In this document: positions 1 through 31,587 of the stretch, one piece after another
How positions within the stretch are numbered: the stretch's first letter is position 1
Layout of the letters: every line of letters begins with the position of its first letter
Assembly (NCBI RefSeq): GCF_009914755.1
Contig: NC_060948.1
From: the human T2T-CHM13v2.0 reference genome, Homo sapiens
DNA: 64,000 nucleotides
Strand: one strand, 5' to 3'
The notes under the pieces: model-generated
Seen by the model: the letters and a program-made list of their open reading frames with translations, nothing else
Told to the model about the DNA's origin: nothing
Databases searched by the model: none
Translations under genes and position numbers: made by a program

Positions 1-127
1 GTGGGCAGATCACCTGAGGTCAGGAGTCCGAGACCAGCCTGGCTAACATGGTGAAACTCCATCTCTGCTAAAGATACAAAATCTTAGCCGGGTGTGGTGG
101 CACCTGTAATTGCAGTTGCTGTACTCA

Positions 128-259
<132 letters not shown>

Positions 260-442
260 TTAAATTAAAATAAAATTAAATAAAAAATAAAAAACAGCCA
301 GCAGAGATAGGGCCTAGGATGACTGAGGCCCCTGAAGGCTGTGGCGATCAGCCCCTCCCCTGTGTTCTTTGGCACCTACGGACCCTCTCCAAGGAATGGG
401 TGGGCAGAGGCTGTCAATATTGGCTGAGAGGGAGCTTTTGCA

Positions 443-1065
443 GAACCGCACTGCACCTGCCCAACCCCACTGCACCTGCCCAACCCCACTGCACCTGCCC
501 AACCCCACTGCGCCTGCCCAACCCCACTGCATCTGCCCAACCACTCTGTGCCTGCCCAACCACACTGCACCTGCCTAACCGTACTGCACCTGCCCAACCG
601 CACTGCACTTGCCCAATTGCACTGCACCTGCCCAACCCCAATGCACCTGCCTAACCGTACTGCACCTGCCCAACCGCACTGCACCTGCCCAATCCCACTG
701 CACCTGCCCAATCCCACTGCACCTGCCCAATCCCACTGCACCTGCCCAACCCCACTGTGCCTGCCCAACCGCACTGCACCTGCCCAATCCCACTGCACCT
801 GCCCAATCCCACTGCACCTGCCCAATCCCACTGCACCTGCCCAACCCCACTGTGCCTGCCCAACCGCACTGCACCTGCCCAATCCCACTGCACCTGCCCA
901 ACCGCACTGCACCTGCCCAACCACACTGAACCTGCTCAACCCCACTTCACCTGCCCAACCGCACTGCACTTGCCCAACCCCTCTGTGCCTGCCCAACCCC
1001 ACTGTGCCTGCCCAATCGCACTGCACCTGCCCAACCCCACTGCACCTGCCCAACCACACTGCACC
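443..1065. repeat. 20-bp minisatellite, ~31 copies (CACTGCACCTGCCCAACCC-type)
   Basis: Direct 20-nt periodicity with point variants. Confidence 0.95.
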
Positions 1066-1284
1066 AAAGGAAGAGCAATGCAGACATTCAATCCTTTGCA
1101 TGCCTAAACTGGAGAAGACTGTTTATAAGATGCATGCAGGTGGGAGTCACACTGTGGGGGGGAGGGTCATCGGTCACCTGCGTGAGATCAGGGTTGTGCA
1201 GGTGGAGAAAAGAGAGGGAGGGGAGACAGATTCTATGATGAGGACAGGTGTGGTGAAAATGGGTCTCAAAAGAAATTTAAAAAA

Positions 1285-2346
<1,062 letters not shown>

Positions 2347-2912
2347 GGTAGTTGGGATCTATCTGCTATTTCTCAGGCTCCCTCCTGGAAGTTGGAACTG
2401 ATCTCACTTGTTCCAAGACCCTCACCTTAAATCACATTGTTAGACGGTGAACCATCCAAAGCCCCCAGGCCAGCAAAGATACTACCAGGGGCCATTCCAG
2501 GACCTGAGGTATCACCACCCTCCAGCCAAGACCCAAGGCAAGACTTCCCTTTGGGTAAGGCTAGGTCTTCAGTGCACAGCGTCTAACAAGCGACAGGAGA
2601 AAGGTATGTCCTGGAGATGGGCTTGGCCCGGGAAGAGCCATGGAGACTCACGTTCAGCCCCTGCCCATCCACGCGGGAGGGAACACCGGCGTCATGGGGC
2701 TCCCCAACGCCTGGGTTCTCCTGAATGAGATCAACAGCACCACCACCTCCTACATCCGTGCCTGCGTCTCTCATCCTGTTGAGTCATGCCGTGGGGAGCA
2801 AGTTCCCTAATTCTGTCTTCCTGTGTGGACACAAAACCAGCAGCCGACGCCCCAGACACAGAGGCGTTGAGGGCGTGGGGCCAACACGCTTGCCCCCCTA
2901 ACGGTTTGCTGA

Positions 2913-3206
<294 letters not shown>

Positions 3207-3253
3207 TGATCTGCCTGCCTCGGCCTCCCAAAGTGCTGGGATGACAGGCGTGA

Positions 3254-3607
<354 letters not shown>

Positions 3608-3988
3608 TGAGACGGAGTCTTGCTCTTGTCACCCAGGCTGGAGTGCAATGGTATCATCTCAGGTCACCATTTCTGTAACGTGCAAATTTCTGTAACGTGC
3701 ACGCACAGAAGCCTTCAGAATGAAGACCCACGCTCCCAGGGAGGTACAAGCTTTTGGAGTGGAAGAAGAGGAAGAAGAGAAATTCTAATGGGGCTTGGAT
3801 CTTCTCTCCTGGAGTGGGAAAAGAGGAATTCTATTGAGGGAAAGTAAGAGATTGCTAGGAAGATCCTTTGCCCAGGCTGGAGTGCAGTGGCGACTCTTGG
3901 CTCACGGCAGCCTCAACATCCCAGGCTTAAACAATCCTCCCACCTCGGCCTCCTTAGTAGCTTGGATGACAGGCATGCACAACCATGA

Positions 3989-4657
<669 letters not shown>

Positions 4658-4752
4658 TGACCGGGCGCGGTGGCTCACGCCTGTAATCCCAACACTTTGG
4701 GAGGCCGAGGCAGGCAGATCACAAGGTCAGGAGATCGAGACCCTCCTGGCTA

Positions 4753-5605
<853 letters not shown>

Positions 5606-5678
5606 TAGCCCAAGTTTTTTGTAGAGATGGAATCTCACTATGTTACCCAGACTGGTCTTGACTGCTAGGCTCCAGTGA

Positions 5679-6098
<420 letters not shown>

Positions 6099-6478
6099 TA
6101 GTACAGACGGGATTTCACCATGTTAGCCAGGATGGTCTCGATCTCCTGACCTCGTCATCCACCTGCCTCGGCCTCCCAAAGTGCTGGGATTACAGGCATG
6201 AGCCACTGCGCCCGGCCTGTTTGTATTTTTATTAGAGATGGAGTTTCAGCATGTTGGTCAGGCTGGTCTCGAACTCCTGACCTCAGGTGATCCACCCGCC
6301 TCGGCCTCCCAAAATGCTGGAATGACAGGCGTGAGCCATTGCACCCGGCTAATGCTGTCTTCTTTGTGGTCACAAAACTTCCCCAGAGAGAGAATTTACA
6401 ACACTCATCATTTTTCAGAGGTTTTTGCTTTTAGTCAGAAAAGGGAAGCTCCAAGAAGTTTCTTTCTAGATCTGTTGA

Positions 6479-7022
<544 letters not shown>

Positions 7023-7304
7023 TAGCTAATTTTTGTAATTTTTCTTAGCAGACATGGGGTTTCACCATGTCAGTCAGGCTGGTCTTGAACTCCTGACCAC
7101 AGGTGACCCACCCTCCTCGGCCTCCCAAAGTGCTGAGATTATAGGCTCAGCCCCAACTTGGCATATTTTGGATTGACCCATTCTAGTCCCTTTTAAGAAG
7201 TGCAGACAGAGGCCGGGCACGGTGGCTCACGCCTGTCATCCCAACACTTTGGGAGGCCGAGGCGGGTGGATCACGAGGTCAGGAGATCGAGACCATCCTG
7301 GCTA

Positions 7305-7629
<325 letters not shown>

Positions 7630-8078
7630 TCAGTACACGCTTGGGGGTTAACTTAAACAGTGACCATCACCAAGCGAAATCTTAAAATGCGAGCAACGTG
7701 GAGCTAAACGGACTGCAAAAAGAAGACCATTGTGTATTGTAGGCACTGTCACAAAAAGGCAGAACCCCGCTTCTTCAGCGTAGCTGAGAACGTCCACATC
7801 AGGCAACTCAGATTTTTTTGCCACACTGCTTATGATGCCTCTGAATGGCCACAAACTTGCCCCAAGTATCAGCCGGGTGCGGTGGCTCATGCCTGTAAAT
7901 TGCATCACTTTGGGAGGCCGAGGTGTGGGTGGATCGCATCATGAGGTCGGGAGTTCGAGACCAGCCTGACCAACGTGGTGAAACCCCTTTTCCACTAAAA
8001 ATACAAAATTACCCCGGCATGGTGGCTCATGCCTGTAATCCCAGAACTTTTGGAGGCTGAGGCAGGAGCATTGCTTGA

Positions 8079-8315
<237 letters not shown>

Positions 8316-8889
8316 TAGTAGAGACGGACTTTCACCGTGTTAGCCAGGATGCTCTCGATCTCCTGACCTCGTGATCCGTCCACCTCAGCCTCCCAAAGTG
8401 CTGGGATTACAGGCATCAGTCAGCACACCTGGCCCACTTACCATCTTAACTGTGTGTGTTTGTTTTTTTTTTTTTTTTTTTTGAAAGGTAGCTCTCCAGA
8501 GAAAGACCCTGTAAGTATCTTTTTCTTTCTCAATGACATCCTGTGATTGGGCCATGAGTCACCTCCAAGTTCAGTGCTCATTTCATGGAACTGTTTAGCT
8601 GTGGGGCCCCACTGAACCCTTTGTGGTCACGCGGCAGCTCTCGGAGGAGCCACGGTTCTCCTGAACGCCCCTGGCTCAGCTACTCAACAATCACACAATG
8701 GACAGAGCGACGTCCTTCCTCCAAAGCTGCCCACTGAGAGATTTTCAGGTCAAAAATTGTAGTGCGTTGAACAGTGACCCTTAACATTTATGTCCACGTT
8801 AACCTCAGAATGGGACATTATTTCAAAATAAGGTCTTTGCAGATGTGATGAAGGAAAGAATCTGAAGATTGGCCGGGCGCGGTGGCTCA

Positions 8890-9403
<514 letters not shown>

Positions 9404-9518
9404 TTATTAAACGTCCATAGTTACTAGTCGGGACTGGCAGGGATGGCTGCAGAGAGGAGCATGTCGTCAGTCACTAGAGGGCAGCAATGTCCCCCACCTT
9501 CAGGCGACCGGATTCTCA

Positions 9519-9815
<297 letters not shown>

Positions 9816-9849
9816 TCATGAGGTCAGGAGATCGAAACCATCCTGGCTA

Positions 9850-10089
<240 letters not shown>

Positions 10090-10351
10090 CTAGCTACTGG
10101 GGAGGCTGAGGTGGGAGGATCACTTGAGTCTGTGAGGTGGAGGTTGCAGTAAGCTAAGATCACGCCGCTGCACTCCAGCCTGGGTGACAGAGTGTAACTC
10201 TGCCTTTAAAAACAAAAACAAAAACAAAACAGAGGCCAGGAGGGGTGATTCACGCCTGTAATCCCAGCACTTTGGGAGGTAGAGGCTGGAGGATCACTTG
10301 AGGTCAGGAGTTAGAGGCCAGCCTGGGCCACATAGCAAGATCCTGTCTCTA

Positions 10352-10662
10352 AGAAAAAGGAAGGAAGGAAGGAAGGAAAAAGAGAAAGGAAAGAAAGAGA
10401 AAGAAAGAAGGAAGGAAGGAAAAAGGAAAAGAAAGGAAAGAAAAAGAAAGAAGAGAGAGAGAAAAAAGAAAGAAAAAGAAAGAGAAAGGGCAAGCAAGCA
10501 AGCAGGGAGGGAGGGAGGGGAGGGAAGGAGGAGGGAAAGAAGGAAGGGAGGGAGGGAGGGAGGAAGGGAAAGAAAGGAAAGAAAAGAAGGAAGGAAGGAA
10601 AGAAAGAAAGAGAAAGAGAGAAAGAAAAGCAAGAAAGGAAAGAAAGAAAAAAGAAAAAGGAC
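10352..10662. repeat. GA-rich (AAGG/AAAG)n low-complexity tract expanded from an Alu tail
   Basis: Near-pure purine run directly after an Alu fragment. Confidence 0.9.
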
Positions 10663-11128
10663 ATAAGTGCTTTGGCCCCACTGTGGATGGAGAGGTTGCT
10701 TTTGCCCAGCAGGGCCGCTTGGGCATGACCAAGAAGCACTCTCGTTGCCACCTAACAAAGGCCTGTCTGAGTCGGGACCACGCAAGATGTGGACGCACGC
10801 AGGGAAAGCTGTCAGCAGCTTACACCCATGAAGCCCTTTGCTGTCCTCACCCGGAGGTGCAGACTCTGAGGACCCCTGAGGGAAAGAAAGGCAGGAAAGT
10901 CTGACCTCCTTGTCAGAGCCCTGTGTCCAAGAACTGGGTACTCAGCGATCACAGGACGGTTGGGTTTCTCCGCCTCCTCCCTCAGGTCACAACTCAGCTG
11001 TCTGTGCCCCAAACTGGCCACCGACACCAGGTTCTCTCTTCTTTTAAAGGTTTTCCAGAGAGGTGTACCTGGTGCCCCGTCCTGAGTTGAAAACAAAACA
11101 TACTTTGCGCCGTGGCTCACGCCTGTCA

Positions 11129-12397
<1,269 letters not shown>

Positions 12398-12855
12398 TCA
12401 AAACAATGAAGAAATAACACATGTCCTAAGAGGCCGTGGCTCCTGATCGGACAGATTTTAATTTCAAAACTTCATCCACGTCTTTGGGTTCAGGCAGGGG
12501 GAGCGATGAACAGGTGCTGACAGCCAGCATCTTTCGAAAGATTTCCTTTGTGTTGACAGACTGAGTTGACACTTGCCCAGTGAAAGAGAGATGATTTGCT
12601 CTCTCTGTGACCACCTGCCCCCCAGGAGCCGGTGACCAAGATAAGCCCCGTGTCCCCAGCCAACCAGTCAAGGTGCCACCTGCGATAGCCCCTGAGTGAC
12701 TCAGGCGGTGCCCACATTACCGTCGGTGACGGTAGCTTTGGTTTTCAGAACCTCTGATCACAAAACAAGGTTTCTCTGGGACACTCTGGCTGTGGCTCTA
12801 CGGATGAGCTCAGCTGTGGAGAAACTTCTGAGTGAGCAGGATGGAGTTATAGAAA

Positions 12856-14090
<1,235 letters not shown>

Positions 14091-14168
14091 AGGATAGATA
14101 GATTCAAGAGATCTATGGTACAATGCATGGCTGGGCGCAGTGGCTCATGCCTGTAATCCCACCACTTA

Positions 14169-14495
<327 letters not shown>

Positions 14496-14869
14496 TCACG
14501 TTCAGACAGAAGTGGGTCGGTCTTGCAACTGCCGGAGACCGTGGCCCCTGCCCTGGGGGGCTCTGAGCAGTAGCAGAACCAGCCACATTGCAGAAGCCGG
14601 GAACCAGGAGTCAGCCTCACGGTGGGTGGAGGGTGGGGGGCTGGAGGATCCCTCATTTCCCCGGGACAGACCTGCACGTCCACCCTCTTAGAAGCCAGGG
14701 CAAGAGCAAAGAGTGGGCACGTGGTCTGAGAGACCCACTGGTCACGGAAGGTCTCAGCAACACCATCCCCAGGAGGGTCCTTGCAGGCACCTGTGGGGCT
14801 AGTTCCTGGCTCCAGGCAGCCTTTACCGTCCAACCCAGGCAGGAGTGGTTTCCGTGACCCCAGTATTGC

Positions 14870-14935
14870 CCGTGGAATTCCCCTGAGACGAGGGGCTTTC
14901 CTGGCGAACTTTCCCAGCGAAAACACATCCGGTCA
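14870..14935. promoter_or_regulatory. Candidate NF-kB/ETS enhancer ~8.6 kb upstream of IL3RA
   Basis: Two exact GGGRNWYYCC matches (GGAATTCCCC 14874-14883 on the - strand; GGGGCTTTCC 14892-14901), a partial site (GAACTTTCCC 14906-14915) and ETS ACCGGATGT (- strand, 14925-14933), all in non-repetitive DNA. Motif evidence only. Confidence 0.5.
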
Positions 14936-14977
14936 CAGGCTTTGCAGCCCCCTCACTCCTGGGATCCCTGGGGAAGG

Positions 14978-15785
<808 letters not shown>

Positions 15786-15899
15786 TGAACTCCTGAGCTC
15801 AGTCAATCCACCCGCCTCAGCCTCCCAAAGTGCTGGGATTACAGGCCTGAGCCTCCGTGCCCGACTGACTACTCCTGGTTTAATTCATCCCAGGCAAAT

Positions 15900-16565
<666 letters not shown>

Positions 16566-17615
16566 ATGTTGTGATCAAGGTGCGGCTTCTGGCATGGAGA
16601 TTGGCAAGGCCCGAGATTGCTCCAGCAGGCACACAGGAGGGCTGCGTCACCAGAGGGAGACCTGAGGTCTCCAGCCATCACCCAGGCTGCGGAAGAGCAG
16701 CGGACGGAAACCCAGAGGAAGGTTAACCAAAGCCAGGTCCCATCCCACTTACCTGGCCACTGTGCACCCCTCAACATCCTCACAAGGGATGCCTCAGCCT
16801 CCCGCCTAGCTGGGATGACAGGCACCTGCCATCATGTCCAGCTCATTTTTTTCTTTTTCTTTTTGAGACGGAGTCTTGCTGTGTTGCCCAGGCTGGAGTG
16901 CAGTGGCACCATCTCAGCTCACTGCTACCTCCGCCTCCCGGGGTTCAAGTGATTCCCCTGCCTCAGCCTCCCCAGTAGCTGGGAGGCAGAGGTAGCAGTG
17001 AGCCGAGATCTCGCCACTGCACTCCAGCCTGGGCGACAGAGCAAGACTCCGTCTCCAAAAAAAGAGAAAAATTTAGCTGGACATGATGGCAGGTGCCTGT
17101 CATCCCAGCTACTTGGGAAGCTGAGGCAGGAGAATGGCGTGAACCCAGGAGGAAGAGCTTGCAGTGAGGCGACATCGCACCACCACCCTCCAGCCTGGGC
17201 AACAGAGCAAGACTCCATATCAAAAAAAAAAAAAAAAATATGAGCTGAACATGATGGCAGGTGCCTGTCATCCCAGCTACTGCGGAAGCTGAGGCAGGAG
17301 AATCGCTTGAACCCGGGAGGTGGAGCTTGCAGCGAGCCTAGATTATGCCACTGCTCTCCAGCCTGGACGACAGAGCGAGACTCCGTCTCAAAGAACAAAG
17401 AAAAAGTCGGCTGTGCTCCTGGCATGGGTGGCACACATACGAGGGTCTGCACACACAGGTGCACGCCTTGCTGCGTTAAGGAGGTTCTATTTCGGGTGTC
17501 TCCCATCTGTGTTATCTCCCAGACTCACCCACCATCCCTTCTCATTTCCTTGTTTCTGTTCCTCCTGCCCAAGTCCTGCCAAGGCCGCCACCCCTCCCGC
17601 AAGCTTCTGAAGCTA

Positions 17616-18460
<845 letters not shown>

Positions 18461-18463
18461 TTA

Positions 18464-19538
<1,075 letters not shown>

Positions 19539-19995
19539 TGATCATCTAAAGGGCTATTTTCTTTCTTTCTTTTTTTTTTTTTTTTTGAGACAGAGTCTTC
19601 CTCTGTCACCAGGCTGGAGTGCAGTGGCATGATCTTGGCTCACTGTAACCTCCGCCTCCTTGGTTCAAGCCAAATTCTCCTGGCCCAGCCTCCTGACTAG
19701 CTGGGACTACAGGTGCCCACAAGCACACCCAGCTAATTTTTTTTGTTTTTTGTATTTTTAGTAGAGACAGGGTTTCACCGTGTTAGCCAGGATGGTCTCG
19801 ATCTTCTGACCTCGTGATACGCCACCTCGGCCTCCCAAAGTGCTGGGATGACAGGCTTGAGCCACACATGTGATAAAATTACTTAGAACTGAATGCTTAG
19901 TAATACTGGGAACACCCAAGTAAGATTGTATCAATCTCCAGGTTGCAACATTGCAACCCTCATTTTGTAAGATGTTACCAAGGAAAAAAAACTGA

Positions 19996-20428
<433 letters not shown>

Positions 20429-20499
20429 TGATCTGCCCGCCTCGGCCTCCCAAAGTGCTGGGATGACAGGTGTGAGGCACCGCGCCCGGCCTGCCGCCA

Positions 20500-21030
<531 letters not shown>

Positions 21031-21127
21031 GAGTTAATTCTGTATCAAAACATCTTGTTTGTACGTTAAATATATCCAGTTAAAAAAAAATAAGGAAGCG
21101 GTTAGCCATGAGTTGACATCACATTTA

Positions 21128-21398
<271 letters not shown>

Positions 21399-21786
21399 TC
21401 ACCTGAGGTCAGGAGTTCGAGACCATCTGGCCAACATGGTGAAACCCCGTCTCTAGTAAAAATTTAAAAATTAGCCGGGCGTGGTGGCAGGTGCCCGTAA
21501 TCCCAGCTACTTGGGAGGCCGAGGCAGGAGAATCGCTTGAACCTGGGGCAGAGGTTGCAGGCAGCCGAGATCGCACCATTGCACTCCAGCCTGGATGACA
21601 GAGCAAGCAAAGCGAGACTCCGTCTCAAAGAAAAAAAAAAAAAAAACAGGAGCCGGGCTGCAAGGTGGAGGCTCTGGGGAAGGGCTGAGGTTGGGGTGGA
21701 ATTTGGGAAGGGTGCCGAGAACCAGAGAAGAGTTGATACATTCAGAGGGAAGGGAAGGGCTGTCTGGGAGTGCGCGTGCTGAGTAA

Positions 21787-22170
<384 letters not shown>

Positions 22171-22180
22171 TGACCACTAA

Positions 22181-22420
<240 letters not shown>

Positions 22421-22795
22421 TGATCCACCCTCCTCGGCCTCCCAAAGTGCTGGGATGACAGGTGTGAACCACCGCACCTGACCACTAAGATATCTTTTTT
22501 TTTTTTTTTTTGAGACGGAGTCTTGCTCTATCACCCAGGCTGGAGGGCACTGGCGCCATCCTGGCTCACTGTAACCTCTCTCCCAGGTTCAAACTATTCT
22601 CCTGCCTCAGCCTCCAGAGAAGCTGGGATTACAGGCACCTGCCACCACGCCTGGCTAATTTTTAAATTTTTACTAGAGACGGGCTTCCACCATGTTGGCC
22701 AGATGGTCTCAAACTCCTGACCTCAGGTGATCCGCCCTCATCGGCCTCCCAAAGTGCTGGGATGACAGGTGTGAGCCACCACCCCTGACCACTAA

Positions 22796-23113
<318 letters not shown>

Positions 23114-23239
23114 TAATAAGATCTGTCATCTGAGACCGGGGGCCACCTCCCTGTCTGGGTGCTGTTTCCCACGAGACAGGGAGGAAACACAGGCAGGAGC
23201 CCCTGGACACCAGCGTTCACGCCTCCAAGGCTGAATTTA

Positions 23240-23580
23240 CTATGTCAGGAAGTTGCCCAACCCTGCCTGTATAGCCAGCAAGAATTCTAATTATAGCAAA
23301 CAGAAACACTTGCAGAAAAAAAAAAAAATGAGAACGGGAACATGATAATTTTCAAAGAAAGAGTCTTTCTTTCAAGGAAAGTCAGGTTCATGGTTACGAA
23401 GCTGCTGACCCCAGGATCCCAGCCCGTGGGAGAGAAGGGGGTCTCTGACAGCCCCCACCCCTCCCCACTGCCAGATCCTTATTGGGTCTGAGTTTCAGGG
23501 GTGGGGCCCCAGCTGGAGGTTATAAAACAGCTCAATCGGGGAGTACAACCTTCGGTTTCTCTTCGGGGAAAGCTGCTTTC
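23240..23580 (+). promoter_or_regulatory. IL3RA: IL3RA proximal promoter
   Basis: TATAAAA 23521-23527; reverse CCAAT (ATTGG 23481-23485); CACCC/GGGGTGGGG KLF/SP-like boxes ~23452-23507; ETS core CAGGAAGT 23246-23253; TTCNNNGAA at 23351, 23371 and 23562. It is a non-repetitive island directly upstream of exon 1. Confidence 0.8.
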
Positions 23581-23691
23581 AGCGCACACGGGAAGATATC
23601 AGAAACATCCTAGGATCAGGACACCCCAGATCTTCTCAACTGGAACCACGAAGGCTGTTTCTTCCACACAGTACTTTGATCTCCATTTAAG
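23550..23691 (+). other. IL3RA: IL3RA exon 1 (5' UTR, non-coding)
   Basis: Ends at the strong donor AAG|GTAAGG (23692) and contains no ATG. Start placed ~29 nt after TATA (approximate). Confidence 0.85.
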
Positions 23692-24231
23692 GTAAGGTCC
23701 CCCCTCCAGGGTGGGATGAGGGAAAAAGAGGGCAGGCAGGGGAGGCGGTGGACTGTGGGTTCCCAAATCCAAGCTGGCAGACACGGGGCATTGGCATGTA
23801 ACAGGTTTCTGCTGAGACCTGCTGTCCGTGTGGGCACCACACCACACATAGAATGACCCGGTACCAGAGAAGTATGTTTGCGATCTCATTCACCCTTTTG
23901 TAAGTGGATCGGACGCTGAAGCCATCATAGCATGTTAGATGCCTTGGGTTTATAAAGGTGATAGCATTAGGAGTAATTTGACAGTGCTTTCTGCTTTTTC
24001 TGTGTGCTTGCTAGAAAATGTACACACCTACACATGGCTAGAGTTCTCTGTTTATTAGAAAGCGCTGGTTCAGTTAGTCAATGAGCTCACGCCCAGGGCG
24101 AGCTGACTGCCAGCCGGGGAGCCGCTTTTGGGGCTGGGACCCCAGCCTGCTTGTAGTGTTTCTCAGTGGTTTTCAAAGGCTGGCGGGACTCAGAATGTTC
24201 CAGATGGCTGGTGAAACCTCAGGTCCCTCCT

Positions 24232-25771
<1,540 letters not shown>

Positions 25772-25794
25772 TAGTAGAGATTTTGTATGTTTAG

Positions 25795-25929
<135 letters not shown>

Positions 25930-26304
25930 TAAGAGCACAGATTTCCCAACGTTCTGACTCAGGCATCTTCCTGGACCACAGCCCCTACAGGCAAGTGTGA
26001 CTGTGTGTGGTGAGCCCATGAGCTGAACACAGGCTCTGTCCGAAAGGAGACTCTAGAGATTGCCTGTTGCCTTGGAGGTGGGCTGCGGTCCCTCTGCCCA
26101 GGCAGGAAGGGGCTCCGAGGCCTCTGGAACCTCATTTTACCTTTTCCCTGCTGCCCTCAGTCCCGTCCCCAGCCTCAAGGGGCTCAGCTTTTTCCAGGCT
26201 CACCCCTTCCATTTATAATTTGGAGACAAGCAAGGTCCACTGACGCTAACGCCATTTGGTTCTTTAAAAGATGTTAGGCCGGGCGCGGTGGCTCACGCCT
26301 GTCA

Positions 26305-27208
<904 letters not shown>

Positions 27209-27209
27209 T

Positions 27210-28357
<1,148 letters not shown>

Positions 28358-28527
28358 ACCACCGCTTTCCCTCCAGAAGCAGCTCCTTCTGCTGTGAGCA
28401 CCAGGCTCTGGAAGGGGCAAGCGTCCTTCATTACCCGCAACCCAGTTTCACAGCCAGTCCCCGCTGCCTGACTCTCGTTTCTCCTCCAGCAGGCACCTCT
28501 GTCCTGCGTTCCGGAGCTGCGTTCCCG

Positions 28528-28591
28528 ATGGTCCTCCTTTGGCTCACGCTGCTCCTGATCGCCCTGCCCTGTCTCCTGCAAACGAAGGAAG
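28528..28591 (+). CDS. IL3RA: IL3RA exon 2 coding part (signal peptide MVLLWLTLLLIALPCLLQTKE); exon starts at 28490
   Basis: Pyrimidine tract + CAG acceptor at 28487-28489; ATG at 28528; hydrophobic leader; donor G|GTAAGA at 28592; 64 nt, phase 1. Confidence 0.96.
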
Positions 28592-28823
28592 GTAAGAACT
28601 GGAGAAAAGATGCACGTGCCACCTGGGGAGCGGTGGGGGTAGACAGACACACAATGTCAGCGTGCCGTCCTTCAGGGAAACTTTTCATGCTGAGCTTATG
28701 GCAGAGTCTCATGCAGTGGTCGGGAATGACTCAGACACTTCCCTGTACCCGTCACCAAGTTCCCTGTAATGCAGCATCTTGCAAAATGGTAATACGACCT
28801 CACAGGCAGGGACCTGATCGTGA

Positions 28824-29557
<734 letters not shown>

Positions 29558-29650
29558 TGATCCGCCTGCCTCGGGGTTGGGATTACACACTTTGGGAGGC
29601 CAAGGCAGGTGGACGATCACAAGGTCAGGAGTTCGTGACCAGCCTGACTA

Positions 29651-29896
<246 letters not shown>

Positions 29897-30576
29897 TTAA
29901 GGGATAAATTATCCTTCTAAGTTAGAAGAAAATAATGCCAGAAGTCTAGACATTCTTATGCTTTGGTCCCGCTTATCAAACCAAGGTTGCTGACCTTGAT
30001 AACCACTCAAGATCCTTACAGTTTATAAAGTCATTTCCTTAAGTTTTCTAAGTGGCCGATCAGAGATAAACCCTAGAGAAATAGTTGATGTATGTTTCTA
30101 GCTTTGGGTGACCAGCAAAATGTGATAGAATATTGCCTTTTACTGGCCGGGTGCAACGGCTCACGTCTGTAATCCCAGCACTTTGGGAGGCTGAGGCGGG
30201 TGGATCACTTGAGGTCAGGAGTTCAAAACCAGCTTGGCCATCATGGTGAAACCCCGTCTGTACTAAAAATACAAAAAAATTAGCTGGGCGCGGTGCTGTG
30301 CACCTGTAATCCCTGCTACTCAGGAGGCTGAGGCAGGAGAATCACTTGAACCCGGGAGGCGGAGGTTGCCGTGAGCCAAGATCACGCCATTGCACTCCAA
30401 CCTGGGTGACAGAGCGAGGCTCCATCTCAAAAAAAAAAAAAAAAAAAGAATATTGCCTTTAACATCTTTGTACAGGTCATTTATGAAATATCTTGAGCTC
30501 TGTGATGGCTAAGAGAGACCTTCTTTTTCTTTCTTTCTTTTTTTTTTTTTGAGACGGAGTTTTTTTGTTTTTTTGA

Positions 30577-30684
<108 letters not shown>

Positions 30685-31272
30685 TAGCTGGGATTACAGG
30701 CGCCCGCCACCACGCCCAACTAATTTTTGTATTTTTAGTCGCGACGGGGTTTCACCGTGTTAGCCAGGATGGTCTTGATCACTTGACCTGGTGATCCGCC
30801 CACCTTGGCCTCCCAAAGTGCTGGGATGACGGGCGTGAGCCACCGCGCCCGTTTGCTTTATGACTTCTACCAGCTCACAGAAGTCTCCTGTCTACATAGA
30901 ACTCCACTTCCCAGCCAGGCTCAGTAACTCACGTCTGTGATCCCAGCACTTTGGGAGGCTGAGGCAGGCAGATCATGTGAGGTTGGGAGTTCGAGACCAG
31001 CCTGGCCAACATGGTGAAACCCCATCTCTAGTAAAAATACAAAAATTAGCCGAGTGTGGTGGCAGGCACCTGTTATCCCAGCTGCACAGCAGGCTGACAC
31101 AGGATAATCGCTTGAACCCGGGAGGCGGAGGTTGTAGTGAGCCGAGATCGCGCCACTGAATTCCAGCCTGGGCGACAGAGTGAGACTCCGTCTCAAAACA
31201 AACAAGCAAACAAAAATACCCATTACAATGTTGTTTTAAGATTGTTGTATATCAACTGGGCATGGTGGCTCA

Positions 31273-31587
<315 letters not shown>

